Shown: piece by piece, positions 38,401 to 47,092 of the stretch
Numbering within the stretch: the first letter of the stretch is position 1
Layout: each line of letters begins with the position of its first letter
IMG/VR virus record: IMGVR_UViG_3300045431_000601
Coordinates: 32,001-96,000 of that record
Length of the DNA stretch: 64,000 bases
Origin: a virus
Strand: one strand, 5' to 3'
The notes under the pieces: generated by a model
The model's database searches: none
Seen by the model: only the letters and a program-made list of their open reading frames with translations
Told to the model about the DNA's origin: nothing
Made by a program: the position numbers and the translations under genes

Positions 38401-41400
38401 TATTAAGTTTCCTACTTGAGCAGCTGTAGACATACCTATCGTAGCGGAATTTATTGCATCACCAAGCTTCTGATTGTCTTCAGCCAAAGAAGAAGCGGCG
38501 CCTCCCAGAAGAGAGAGGCCTATACTTGCATAGAATAGTTTATCTTTAAATTGTCGTTGACTTTGACTTAAAGCGTCATCATCAAAAAGATTTCTTCTTG
38601 CCCCTTCAATTTTTTGATAAATAGGATTTGCCTGTATTTTTTGTCTTAATGAAGAAGCTGGATTAATTTTATTATCAGAGGCCTCGGTTTGTTTAGCTCT
38701 TATAATTTCTTTATTTAATTGATATAATTGTTCTGTAGATTTTTTATTTAATTTATTGTTATTAATAATATCTTTCAGAATTTGATCATTAGGGGTCAAA
38801 GTCCTAGCCTCTTTTTCATAAATTTTAACTAATTCATCGCTAGCTTTTTTAAGTCTTTCGATTTGAGGTAGTAAAGATGCGCTTACCCCCTTATCTTCAA
38901 ATCCTCCAATAGAAAAATCAAAATCTGTAGAGGAAGCAAAATTTGGCGTATATTTTTCTTTCCCACTTCCAGTTTTCATTAAGTTTGCTTTAGAGGCAAC
39001 TTGTCCTTGATCAATGTGATCATTCTTTATTATTCGATCTGCATTTTTTCCATATTTTGCCGTCTGTTTATTATTGGCAACTACTAATGATCCTAAAGTG
39101 TCTGACCATAAAACTTCTGGTTGCGCCGTTGGCTCTGCTATCTTTTCTCGATCCATAGCTTTTTTTATACTTGAAAAATTAGGAATAAATCCATTAAAAG
39201 CTGTGCCAGCGAGACTTGGAGTTTTTGTAGAAGTATTTGAAATCTTTTTTTGGTATCTATTTGGGTGTCTATTGGCAATTTTATTTGCCATACTATTTAA
39301 GTTTTCTTTAGATAAAGAATTCTTTAAGTCTCCCTCTTCATAATTTAATAATTCATTAGCATTTAAAAATGTTCCTGCGATAGCTTTTAGCTCTAAAGCA
39401 GTCAAATCAAAGTTTTCTGTCCTATTTTCAGGATAAGCTCCTACAGAAGCCAAAAGCCCTGCTTCAAAAGCAGATCCAATAAATGAATTAATAGAACTAG
39501 AATCCATATTTGAAAGAACTGCAGATTCAAAATTTTTATCCTTTACAATCTTAGGATTTACTCGGTCATCAATTAAGCTTATAAATTCTTTACTCAAATC
39601 TACTATTTGTTTTCTGGCTGTAGAGACTAAATCTTCGCCTATATTAGGTTTGGATTGACCAGGAAATGGGAAAGTTTGAAAACCTATAGAAGGATTTCCT
39701 TCATATTTATCTGCTTGTCCATAAGTTGTTCCGCCCTTAGATTTACCGAAACCTGGATAAACCATTACGTATTTAGAGATGTCTTTTGCCCCTTTGGAGC
39801 CTCTTTTCATATGAAGATAATAGCCATCTTTTTGTCCCTTTTTAAGAGCAGATGCTTCTTCTTTTCCTTGAATTGCGTTTTGTAATTTGTTTGTTAAGGC
39901 AAGATTATCCCCTCTTCTAGATCTATACCAAACCTTATTATCACTGTAATCAATATCTAAATCGTCTCTAATATCGTCTTCAAACGATCTTCCCGAAGAA
40001 CCAGGCTTAAGTTTATCTTTTATCTTTCCTGTGGACATTACCCATCCGTCTTGATATTGAGATCTATTGAAATTAGGTATAAAATTATTTTTAGAAAAAA
40101 CAGAGTATGGATCAAATCCGTGGGTTTTTTCAAAATTCTTTTTATAATTTTCACCCGCTCGACTTTGTTGCGGTGGCATGATAGCTGGCTGGGAAGCTTT
40201 ATCAAATCTAACTATAGATTCAGCAGTATTATATAATACATTTCCTTCGCCAGGAATGTTCATATTTTTTACTTTTCCAGCTTTATATCCTCCCATCGCG
40301 GCGCCAAATATTTCTTCTTTTTCTCTTTCGGAGAAATTAGGAATATAGCCTAATGCACTAGTTTTCACAGCGGTTCCTCGCATAGGTCCCGAAGTCGGAA
40401 CAGAAACGCCAGATCTTATCAAACTTTTAGACAATTGTGCAGCCACAGACAATTGTTTTTGCATGGCTACGGTTTCTTGCTCAATTAAAGTAAGAATTTG
40501 CTTGTGAAGATTTGCGGTATTGCTTGTACCAGAATTAATTTGTTGAATAATTTGAGGATTTTTACCAATAAGATTTAAAATTTGTGTTTGCAAACTTTGT
40601 TGTTCTGCATTTTTTGCATTAATACCAGACAAACTTTTAAAGGCGTCCGCAGAATAAGTAATTAGTCTTTCAAAGATTTTTACTAACCCTAAAGTCCCTA
40701 AGACAAGGCCTGGTCCAGATAGAAAATTACCTAAACCAGTAGATATTGCTTTTCCTATTTTTGTACCTACTCCTTCGCTTTCTCCTTCTTGGAAACCTTC
40801 TAATCCAGAGTTTATAAAAGTTAATAAATTTTTTATAACTGGTGCAAATGCTTTTTCTCCAAATTGAGCCCCAGATTTATTTAAATTTACTAAAGTTTTA
40901 TTAAATAACGCACTAATAGTTGTATTTAACTCTTCATTTCTTAAGTTTGCTTGATTAGCTGCTTGAGAGGATATGTTTAAAGCTCTACCAAATATAGAAT
41001 ACTCTTTACTTAGATCAGATATTGCTGCTTTTAAAATATTGATTTGATATACGCCTCCGACTAATTCAGCTACTTGAGACTGTTGACTATCGCTTAGAGT
41101 GTCATAAGTAGAAGCTAATTGAGAGAGTATTTGTATCAAAGGCCTTGTCCCACCTTCTGCAGTTTTTGTAGCTACTCCAATCGCTTCTAAACCCTCTAAA
41201 ACTTGTGGTCTTTGAACACGAGTAAAAATTGTTTTAAAAGAGTTTCCTATAACAGATCCGCCTCTAGAAGTGATTTGTTGAGCACTTGTTACTAAGCTTA
41301 TTAATTCATCTATACTTACTCCTGCGTCTTGGGCGGTACTACCTACTCTTTTTACGGCTTCGGCTAAATCTGCAGAGCTTACAGCGAAAGCTGCATCAAC

Positions 41401-41982
41401 CGCCGCAAATTTATTTATTAACTGATTAGAATCTAATGTCGTTTTATTAAAAGAATTTAAAGCCGCTGTAATTGCTTCTACGCTTTTAGCTGTATCTAAT
41501 CCGCTTAGTCTAGATAAGATTAAAGCATCGCTAGTTCTTTTTAGCGTTTCTTCCACAGAAAGACCTTGTCGAGAAAGTTCTGTAGCAGCTTTAGCTACTT
41601 CTGAAAAAGATTGAGCAGTGCTCTGAGCTATAGAAAATAATCCATCTCCAAAACTAGACAATTGTTTATCTGAAACGTTTAATATTACATTGATATCTTT
41701 TAAGCTTTTTTCTAATTGTACAGTATTACCTATCATAGTTTCAAATGCTTTTTGTACCGCGTAAATTGCACCAGCCGAAGCACCGAATGCGATAACACGA
41801 GCGTTAGACGCGGCTAGAGACTTTTCAAATTCGCCTAATTGACCATTAATTTTCCCTAAAGGTTGTGAAAAACCTTTAGTATTAAGAGTTAAAGCCTGAT
41901 TAGCTACTCTCTGTATTTCTTTTTCTATAGGCTTTGTATTGCCTAATACATCCAGTATAATCCTGTCATTACCTTCTGCCAT
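35407..41982 (-). CDS. Tail tape measure protein (TP901-family core)
   Basis: 2191 aa, mostly helical; TMP core pattern LSRQGL..ALILSRLSGLD..FAAVDAAFAVSSADLAEA..IGNSFKTIFTR; follows the tail tube and chaperones. Confidence 0.9.
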   Translation of the reverse strand: MAEGNDRIILDVLGNTKPIEKEIQRVANQALTLNTKGFSQPLGKINGQLGEFEKSLAASNARVIAFGASAGAIYAVQKAFETMIGNTVQLEKSLKDINVILNVSDKQLSSFGDGLFSIAQSTAQSFSEVAKAATELSRQGLSVEETLKRTSDALILSRLSGLDTAKSVEAITAALNSFNKTTLDSNQLINKFAAVDAAFAVSSADLAEAVKRVGSTAQDAGVSIDELISLVTSAQQITSRGGSVIGNSFKTIFTRVQRPQVLEGLEAIGVATKTAEGGTRPLIQILSQLASTYDTLSDSQQSQVAELVGGVYQINILKAAISDLSKEYSIFGRALNISSQAANQANLRNEELNTTISALFNKTLVNLNKSGAQFGEKAFAPVIKNLLTFINSGLEGFQEGESEGVGTKIGKAISTGLGNFLSGPGLVLGTLGLVKIFERLITYSADAFKSLSGINAKNAEQQSLQTQILNLIGKNPQIIQQINSGTSNTANLHKQILTLIEQETVAMQKQLSVAAQLSKSLIRSGVSVPTSGPMRGTAVKTSALGYIPNFSEREKEEIFGAAMGGYKAGKVKNMNIPGEGNVLYNTAESIVRFDKASQPAIMPPQQSRAGENYKKNFEKTHGFDPYSVFSKNNFIPNFNRSQYQDGWVMSTGKIKDKLKPGSSGRSFEDDIRDDLDIDYSDNKVWYRSRRGDNLALTNKLQNAIQGKEEASALKKGQKDGYYLHMKRGSKGAKDISKYVMVYPGFGKSKGGTTYGQADKYEGNPSIGFQTFPFPGQSKPNIGEDLVSTARKQIVDLSKEFISLIDDRVNPKIVKDKNFESAVLSNMDSSSINSFIGSAFEAGLLASVGAYPENRTENFDLTALELKAIAGTFLNANELLNYEEGDLKNSLSKENLNSMANKIANRHPNRYQKKISNTSTKTPSLAGTAFNGFIPNFSSIKKAMDREKIAEPTAQPEVLWSDTLGSLVVANNKQTAKYGKNADRIIKNDHIDQGQVASKANLMKTGSGKEKYTPNFASSTDFDFSIGGFEDKGVSASLLPQIERLKKASDELVKIYEKEARTLTPNDQILKDIINNNKLNKKSTEQLYQLNKEIIRAKQTEASDNKINPASSLRQKIQANPIYQKIEGARRNLFDDDALSQSQRQFKDKLFYASIGLSLLGGAASSLAEDNQKLGDAINSATIGMSTAAQVGNLIGGKAGLYTAAIGTAISSLVSISNYISNQKDKFDKLVQERTQRASDFGGAFPKYSEALQKFNDASTDPKTSSETLQNLQEKMYSAAQGLPDAYRSQLLAINSFTALQEKGVEIQEKLNKEKDNADFASRMQGRVDSNAEAFKNVLAALTPLTKSPTFKSSEATQYGQKMAGDLSLDQRKNFESIISNIANKASTQGSTRSARDILTEQLTQNPTFLKTYGVNQELTEPIENLAFKANALGVGDEESVRKVIRSFIDSILEGQKDLQTAKNLEKEREKQISVLLKAEEATKRATEQTNLFREALNRTTENAVLNSSFDQQYQNQTEYNKYDLAIKKSKMNLDYNQPFLSEESIAQQNFSLGEKERQANLLFNSKKLETEAVKSMVSQVLKNVDKIKQSGDEVQGTQDLERISQFKNSILELQKSNLNPKQFQESLLQQFSKTFGKDEQGNLADLMSSSDATLQQMVSEIKSLHQTTNQEKALAQAQLEIQKKMAQRDRDIKAFGGIDGGIQPMGAYSQLIDEFMNFSRAAGDSYAPQSIRDQGTLGSIKSAQELLGGAGIFTNDRGLRQLAINARSRQINSDARALAASAPPELARYFFEAQARSKDIATQQVDNMMKNFEADENGDSNIDINEIRNALDELDLSSLNSRLGNNTISTDENTDAIKKLTASIEASKIKEKEAKREQEGIEKITGIDYQIKALEEKKRAYETDPTIDKTIKESKSQELLNQIRELQERKADLETQYGIPTPTSYAQSASIPQALQQSAPPKTTTSNNTALNQGVASAQEESSEQVMINGKPIPRSQWNTAFKDDTRPDWTTAKDTLSKEYPLPLNLGEEARQEEKRRTENERRKQELFNSMNGFNRSSLDYESWKNQSQPFESKPFYENDDKNRKKYIQPFESKSGGQSSSQDLNLNVNQDPMEVRMGSMDVNVRAEPWKVELDSGTLDNISEELLSKVEQRVTKTEEALTQKLEDLKRDANEKFRSLGIASPPSKGKFA

Positions 41983-42001
41983 AAAAATACCTCTTACAGT
42001 A

Positions 42002-42007
42002 TTACAC
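42002..42007 (-). promoter_or_regulatory. GTGTAA putative late promoter of the tape measure gene
   Basis: 19 nt upstream of ATG 41982, with AAGAGG SD between. Confidence 0.6.
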
Positions 42008-42011
42008 TATA

Positions 42012-43034
42012 TTATTTTTGTTCGTGCAATTTTATTAGTTCTGCAAAAGATAAATCTTTACCCGCTTTTTTGGCTTCTTCTTGAAGATCTATAATCTTTG
42101 CCGAAGGATCTTGTGAGCGGACCATCTTCTCTATCTCCTCTTTAGAGGCGCCTATATAAGTTGTGCCAGTTCGATCCTTTATTTTTGTTTTTTTATTGAA
42201 GATCTTATCGTAGTCTTCTTTGCTCTCATACCAAGCCAATAGTTCGTCCATGCTGTCATAGTCTGTGGGTAAAACTACTTTTGAAGAAGCAAGATAATTT
42301 TTAAAATATTTGCCATAAGCAAAAAGGTCTAATTGGTTCCTAGATAATTCTACTATTGGTTTACCATAGAAAATTATAGGATCATCTTCGCATAAATAAA
42401 AATTATTAGAAAAAAATACAGAAATTGATATTTTTTTTATATTTTTTTCGTTTATCTCTTGGTTGTATTTATTATATATAAATAGATAATTAGACAAAAT
42501 ATTAGGTTCAACTTCCTCAAAAGCTTTCTTATTTTTAAAACACCTTTCATAAAAATTTTTATCTTTAAAAAAAGACAGATATATCACATACTCATTGGCT
42601 TTTTGCAAAGCAAAAGACTCACAGGTCAACCCAATTGCTTCTTCTCTTTCTTTTCTTAATTCTTTCGACTTTTTTTCTAAGTCTTCAATATCTTTCTTAA
42701 ATTGCTCTATTTGTTTTTTTATGACAAGATTTTTTATCGTTAATTGATTATGCTTTATTTTTTCTTCTATGCTTTTTATTTCTTCATCTTTTTCTAAAGA
42801 CCATAGGTTTTTTTCTATTAATAGACTAAGTTTTTCTTTCTCTTCTAAGAGACCTTTGGCTTTAGATTTTGCAAAGTATTCTTCATAAATTTCATATATT
42901 TCATTAAACTCAGATTCCTTAAGATGCTTTAGATATATATTTTCTTTCTTGAAAAAGAATCTAGAATATCCATCTATTATATTTTTATATATTTTTTTAA
43001 GAAAAAATGTTTCTTTTTGAAACTCATTATTCAC
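42012..43034 (-). CDS. Putative tail assembly chaperone
   Basis: Coiled-coil protein immediately upstream of the TMP gene; resembles 43027..43821. Confidence 0.55.
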   Translation of the reverse strand: MNNEFQKETFFLKKIYKNIIDGYSRFFFKKENIYLKHLKESEFNEIYEIYEEYFAKSKAKGLLEEKEKLSLLIEKNLWSLEKDEEIKSIEEKIKHNQLTIKNLVIKKQIEQFKKDIEDLEKKSKELRKEREEAIGLTCESFALQKANEYVIYLSFFKDKNFYERCFKNKKAFEEVEPNILSNYLFIYNKYNQEINEKNIKKISISVFFSNNFYLCEDDPIIFYGKPIVELSRNQLDLFAYGKYFKNYLASSKVVLPTDYDSMDELLAWYESKEDYDKIFNKKTKIKDRTGTTYIGASKEEIEKMVRSQDPSAKIIDLQEEAKKAGKDLSFAELIKLHEQK

Positions 43035-43821
43035 TTGTCAATTCTGTCTCAGGCAAGCTTAATTCTGGGTTATCATAGACTTTTTCAAAAGATTTAAAAT
43101 CATCTTCTGATGATATTCGCCCCATATACCATAAACTTATAAAATAAGCAGATTTTTTTATAACTCCCTTTAAAAAGAAATCATCATTTTCTTCTACTAA
43201 ATCATATTCATTTAACTTTTGATCGAACGTGATTCCTTGGAATAAGGATTTAAAGTCTTTCTTCTCTTCGTTTTCAGTACTATAAATTAAATTTAAAACC
43301 CACCACATAATTGTTTTATTTCTTGCTCTATTTTCTGCGGTCTGATCAAAAAGACTAGATTGGTAAATTTCTATTTCTTGTAATTCTTTTTTAATCTCTA
43401 AAATTTCTCCTAAAACTTTATCGCTTTGGGCTTTTCTATCGCTTTCTGGTAGTTTTTCTAAATTAATTTCTAATTTCTCTAATTCGTTTTGTTTTCTGTA
43501 TAGATTTACATATAATACGGCGTATCTCTTCTTTTCTGGTTCACTCATTGCTCCGCCGTCATCTTGATATCTTTTCGCAAGAAGGGATCTCGTAAGCATT
43601 CCTGCCTTTATCCCTTCCGACATATTAACTGCGTAATAAAGCTCTGCTTCGTCAAACATTTTACGAGTAGGCTTTACTAATCTAAAGTGAACGGGTTTCT
43701 GAACTTTTTCTTTTTTTATAGTTTTTATTTCTTCGCCTTTTTCATTTTTAGATACAGAAGTTACGTCTATTTCTATTTCTTTATTCATCGTAAATTCGTA
43801 CATATATTTTTGTGGATTCAT
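43027..43821 (-). CDS. Putative tail assembly chaperone
   Basis: Lies between the tail tube and TMP genes; FRLVKPTR..coiled coil..TAENRARNK. Confidence 0.55.
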   Translation of the reverse strand: MNPQKYMYEFTMNKEIEIDVTSVSKNEKGEEIKTIKKEKVQKPVHFRLVKPTRKMFDEAELYYAVNMSEGIKAGMLTRSLLAKRYQDDGGAMSEPEKKRYAVLYVNLYRKQNELEKLEINLEKLPESDRKAQSDKVLGEILEIKKELQEIEIYQSSLFDQTAENRARNKTIMWWVLNLIYSTENEEKKDFKSLFQGITFDQKLNEYDLVEENDDFFLKGVIKKSAYFISLWYMGRISSEDDFKSFEKVYDNPELSLPETELTSE

Positions 43822-43830
43822 ATTTTTTTC

Positions 43831-44091
43831 TTATTTAATAAAATTATCTATCAAAGCCTTTGTTTTTTTAAAATTAGCTCTTCCACCAATAGTAGCTATA
43901 AAGTCTTTCTGCTTGTCTTCTGACCATGCTTTATATTTTTCTAGACCTTTAGAAATAAAACAATCAATGCTTTCTCCAGTAAAATTAAATTTTTCTTTTA
44001 AAGCTTTTTGTATAGATTGTAAACTTAAATTATAATTTATAACCTCTTCAATATTATAATTGAATATTCTTTTGCCTTTAAATCTATTCAT
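43831..44091 (-). CDS. Hypothetical protein
   Basis: 86-aa ORF coupled to the upstream gene by an ATGA overlap. Confidence 0.6.
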   Translation of the reverse strand: MNRFKGKRIFNYNIEEVINYNLSLQSIQKALKEKFNFTGESIDCFISKGLEKYKAWSEDKQKDFIATIGGRANFKKTKALIDNFIK

Positions 44092-44378
44092 GTCTTTATT
44101 TTTAATTCTAAATAACTTAGGTTTTTCTCTATCTCTCGGATAGTTTCATTACCTAAATCTAGAATCCTTTTTCTTATATAATTATATCTGTTTTCGTCAA
44201 AATAATCAATATTTTCTAAATCTTTTGTACTAACAAGTTTATTTAATTTATTGAGCATATTTATATGCTCTTCTTGCAAATCTTCTATTACATTAAGATA
44301 TCTTTTGTATAAAGAGATAATATTTCTATTAATTTGAAATAAAATATACTCCTTGACCTTTGTTTGATCAGAATCCAT
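44088..44378 (-). CDS. Hypothetical helical protein
   Basis: 96-aa ORF with an upstream GTGTAA motif and AAGGCAAAAGGA SD. Confidence 0.7.
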   Translation of the reverse strand: MDSDQTKVKEYILFQINRNIISLYKRYLNVIEDLQEEHINMLNKLNKLVSTKDLENIDYFDENRYNYIRKRILDLGNETIREIEKNLSYLELKIKT

Positions 44379-44402
44379 AATTTCCTTTTGCCTTAAAAAG
44401 AA

Positions 44403-44408
44403 TTACAC
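44403..44408 (-). promoter_or_regulatory. GTGTAA putative late promoter
   Basis: Directly after the terminator T-tract; 24 nt upstream of ATG 44378. Confidence 0.6.
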
Positions 44409-44409
44409 T

Positions 44410-44433
44410 AAAAAACCCGCATATGCGGGTTTC
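44410..44433 (-). terminator. Intrinsic terminator after the tail tube gene
   Basis: AAACCCGC-ATAT-GCGGGTTT hairpin running into a T-tract on the - strand. Confidence 0.8.
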
Positions 44434-44532
44434 TCAGTATATTTATATTATAACCCACCCCACCGGCGTCCCCGACCCCACCCTCGCCCGCGCCATCTTC
44501 ACCGTCCCCGCCGATTTCCAGGTCAACACCAT

Positions 44533-44560
44533 AACTTTTAACTTTTAACTTTTAACTTTT
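44533..44560. repeat. 7-bp tandem repeat (AACTTTT)x4 spanning the tail-tube stop codon
   Basis: Direct inspection; the junction of copies 1 and 2 (- strand) forms the TAA at 44552-44554. Confidence 0.95.
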
Positions 44561-45595
44561 AGTAATAAACAAACCATTTTCAGAATCTGATGGTCCGCCT
44601 ACCTGCGCAGAGAAAGCAAGCGAGACAGTCTTATTCTCTCCAATAGAAGAAGAGAATGATTGACTATCAAGTTTAGCGCCTTTCAATTCGTATTTTAGAT
44701 TTGAAGCGCCACTTTTTGTTTTGAATTCTACGCTTATTGTATATTTAGCGCTATCTTCCTTTACGATTTCAGCCAAAGAGCCAGCCTCTGTATCAGACAC
44801 AACGGCTTCAAATTCCGCTGTAACTGTAACAGGATAATCGACTTCTTTAGTAAATGCAAATTTACTACCAAGCTTTTGAATATCTTCTCGATTTAATTCT
44901 AAGCTTATTGAAGCATTTTGAACTTTAAGGTCTTTAACACCTTTTGTCCCATTGATTGTAACACTTACGTCACCAGGCCTTAAAGCTTTAATATCGTTAT
45001 CGGTATCTGATACAGCAAGAGGTAGGGTAATTTTATTTGTGGTATTTTCTAAACCAGTCTCTGGCTCCACATTAGGAGCAACTATTTCGGACGCACTGGT
45101 GTAGAATTTCATGTTCAAGCCTTCTACGCTGACTGTAGCCGTTGGCAGAGATCCTACTGCGGCTTCTACAGAGTATGAAGTCATGAATCCATTTCCAATG
45201 CCTATAACGCTTCTTCCAGAACCTGCTTCGGTTTGGTTTTGGTTTTGGTTTTGATCTTTACCAGCAGAAGATATACCGATAAAATAATTTTTGGTGTCTT
45301 CAGTTCCGTCGAGAATATTTTTTAAAACCCCTTCTGAGGAAGACAGATGGAATCCTAATTCTGTTTCATTATTACCACTAGTTAAATAATAAGAAAACTC
45401 TAAGTTGACAGTTGGCTGTTCGAGAATGATTCTATCAATAGCGGCCAATTCACCGTATTGATTTACGTCTTGGCGCGTAATATTAAAATCATAATTTGCA
45501 CTTTGAATTCTGTGCAATTGTTTTGGATTTACTTCTGGTGTTAGAGGCCCTACAAAAAGGGCTTCGCTTTGATAAATTACTCTGTTTCTTGGCAT
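44552..45595 (-). CDS. Major tail tube protein
   Basis: RNRVIYQS..RIQSANYDFNITRQDVNQYG tube-like pattern repeated in two halves; strong AAGGAG SD; synteny; own terminator. Confidence 0.75.
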   Translation of the reverse strand: MPRNRVIYQSEALFVGPLTPEVNPKQLHRIQSANYDFNITRQDVNQYGELAAIDRIILEQPTVNLEFSYYLTSGNNETELGFHLSSSEGVLKNILDGTEDTKNYFIGISSAGKDQNQNQNQTEAGSGRSVIGIGNGFMTSYSVEAAVGSLPTATVSVEGLNMKFYTSASEIVAPNVEPETGLENTTNKITLPLAVSDTDNDIKALRPGDVSVTINGTKGVKDLKVQNASISLELNREDIQKLGSKFAFTKEVDYPVTVTAEFEAVVSDTEAGSLAEIVKEDSAKYTISVEFKTKSGASNLKYELKGAKLDSQSFSSSIGENKTVSLAFSAQVGGPSDSENGLFITKS

Positions 45596-45622
45596 ATGTT
45601 TCTCCTTAAAATCTACATATTA

Positions 45623-45629
45623 TTACATC
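45623..45629 (-). promoter_or_regulatory. GATGTAA variant of the late-promoter motif
   Basis: Intergenic, 27 nt upstream of the tail tube ATG. Confidence 0.45.
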
Positions 45630-45656
45630 TTAAATAAGATATTGAGAAATTATATT

Positions 45657-46493
45657 TTATGCTTTTCTTATTTTACTTACGATAATGTCGGCTACAGCAG
45701 GAAATACGCTTGGATTTAGCTTATTATCAAAATTAACTATTTTACTTATATTAATATCTTTTATAAAAAAAGCCTTATTATCTAATGATTTACCATCAAT
45801 TAAGCCTTCATAATTAAAGTAGCCATTATTGACGCATCCATAGCTATTAAATGGAGACTCATGTTTTTCTATTAAAGGTATATAATGACTATTTAAATCT
45901 CTTAAAATGGCGCATACGGCGTCTAAATTAAAGGAAGAATCTGCCAGAATCATTAATCTTAGATCTATTTCTGTATCAGAAAAACCGTCTAATGTAAAAT
46001 CAATATTTCTTGTACCATTATTTTTTATAAAAATTGCTGGATAGGTTATAGCGTTTGGAGCTATACCAGTCATAGTTTGGATAGTTTTTGGACGAATATC
46101 GTACTTACCCTCAAATAATAGCTCTTCGTCAGGTTTATTTGTTAAATATATATTAAAATCTTTTATAGCATATCTTCCGCTTATTTCTCCCTGAACAGGA
46201 GAAGTAAAATATGCTTGCCCTTGAGTGGGATTAATTCCGCTTAAGTTATTCTGGCCTATATTTGTAAATTGTCCATTAATATATAAGCCAGATAGTAAAT
46301 CAGCCCCTTCTATAGAAGAGTCTGCTACAATTTGTTTAAATGGTAAAGCATAAGTTATAAGATTATTATAAAGATTATTCGTAGGATAAAATTTTGTTTG
46401 GACATTAGAAAATGCTTGCGCCTTATTCATAATTTTATTATCAAGCCACATCATTGCGCTGGATAGTAATATATTATCAAGTTGAGGAATCAT
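45657..46493 (-). CDS. Putative tail terminator/completion protein
   Basis: TYPAIFI motif; position immediately before the tail tube gene. Confidence 0.5.
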   Translation of the reverse strand: MIPQLDNILLSSAMMWLDNKIMNKAQAFSNVQTKFYPTNNLYNNLITYALPFKQIVADSSIEGADLLSGLYINGQFTNIGQNNLSGINPTQGQAYFTSPVQGEISGRYAIKDFNIYLTNKPDEELLFEGKYDIRPKTIQTMTGIAPNAITYPAIFIKNNGTRNIDFTLDGFSDTEIDLRLMILADSSFNLDAVCAILRDLNSHYIPLIEKHESPFNSYGCVNNGYFNYEGLIDGKSLDNKAFFIKDINISKIVNFDNKLNPSVFPAVADIIVSKIRKA

Positions 46494-47092
46494 CTTCTTA
46501 ATCCAATTCTTAGTTTTGCTAATAATTCAGACAGATAAGGCATAGGCTTAAAACTTAATCCTCTTAGAGAATTAGGAGTTTGTATTGCTGAGCCAGATCT
46601 ACTTGATTCCCATTTTTTATATAAATAATTACTTAATCCCGAAATCCCCTTCTCTATTCCTATGACCCAACTCTTACCATTTTCCCATGGCATTCTTGTT
46701 TCTTCTTTAATTTGAGTTATCGATGGTAAATCAATTATGTATTGGATTTTATTTTTTTTATTTATATTTTTTTTAAATTTAAATTGACTAGCGAGAAAAC
46801 TTCGAAGATCTTTTATTGGCTTATCTGTTCTTTGAAATCCAATATAAGAAAATAAATTTCCCTTTCCGCCTAAAGTATTTGAATTGTTTGATGCGTCTGG
46901 TCCATCTTGTATCTCTTTTGTTACAGGATGATTATCAAAGTCATTCAAAAAAGAGTTTTTATTTTTTATAATTTTATCTTCTATTTTCTCAGAAGCTGTC
47001 TGAATAAATTTTTTACTTTTTACCGCATTATTCTTAAGATTATTTAAAAATACTTTACTCATATTATTTTGTGGCTTCGAGATAGAATACAT
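46490..47092 (-). CDS. Putative neck/tail completion protein
   Basis: Basic protein with IEKG and C-terminal PMPYL pattern; synteny. Confidence 0.45.
   Translation of the reverse strand: MYSISKPQNNMSKVFLNNLKNNAVKSKKFIQTASEKIEDKIIKNKNSFLNDFDNHPVTKEIQDGPDASNNSNTLGGKGNLFSYIGFQRTDKPIKDLRSFLASQFKFKKNINKKNKIQYIIDLPSITQIKEETRMPWENGKSWVIGIEKGISGLSNYLYKKWESSRSGSAIQTPNSLRGLSFKPMPYLSELLAKLRIGLRR

Noticed and set aside
43020-43060. Programmed -1 frameshift between the tail chaperones
   Set aside because: No slippery heptamer at the junction, and the downstream ORF is in the +1 frame with its own start.
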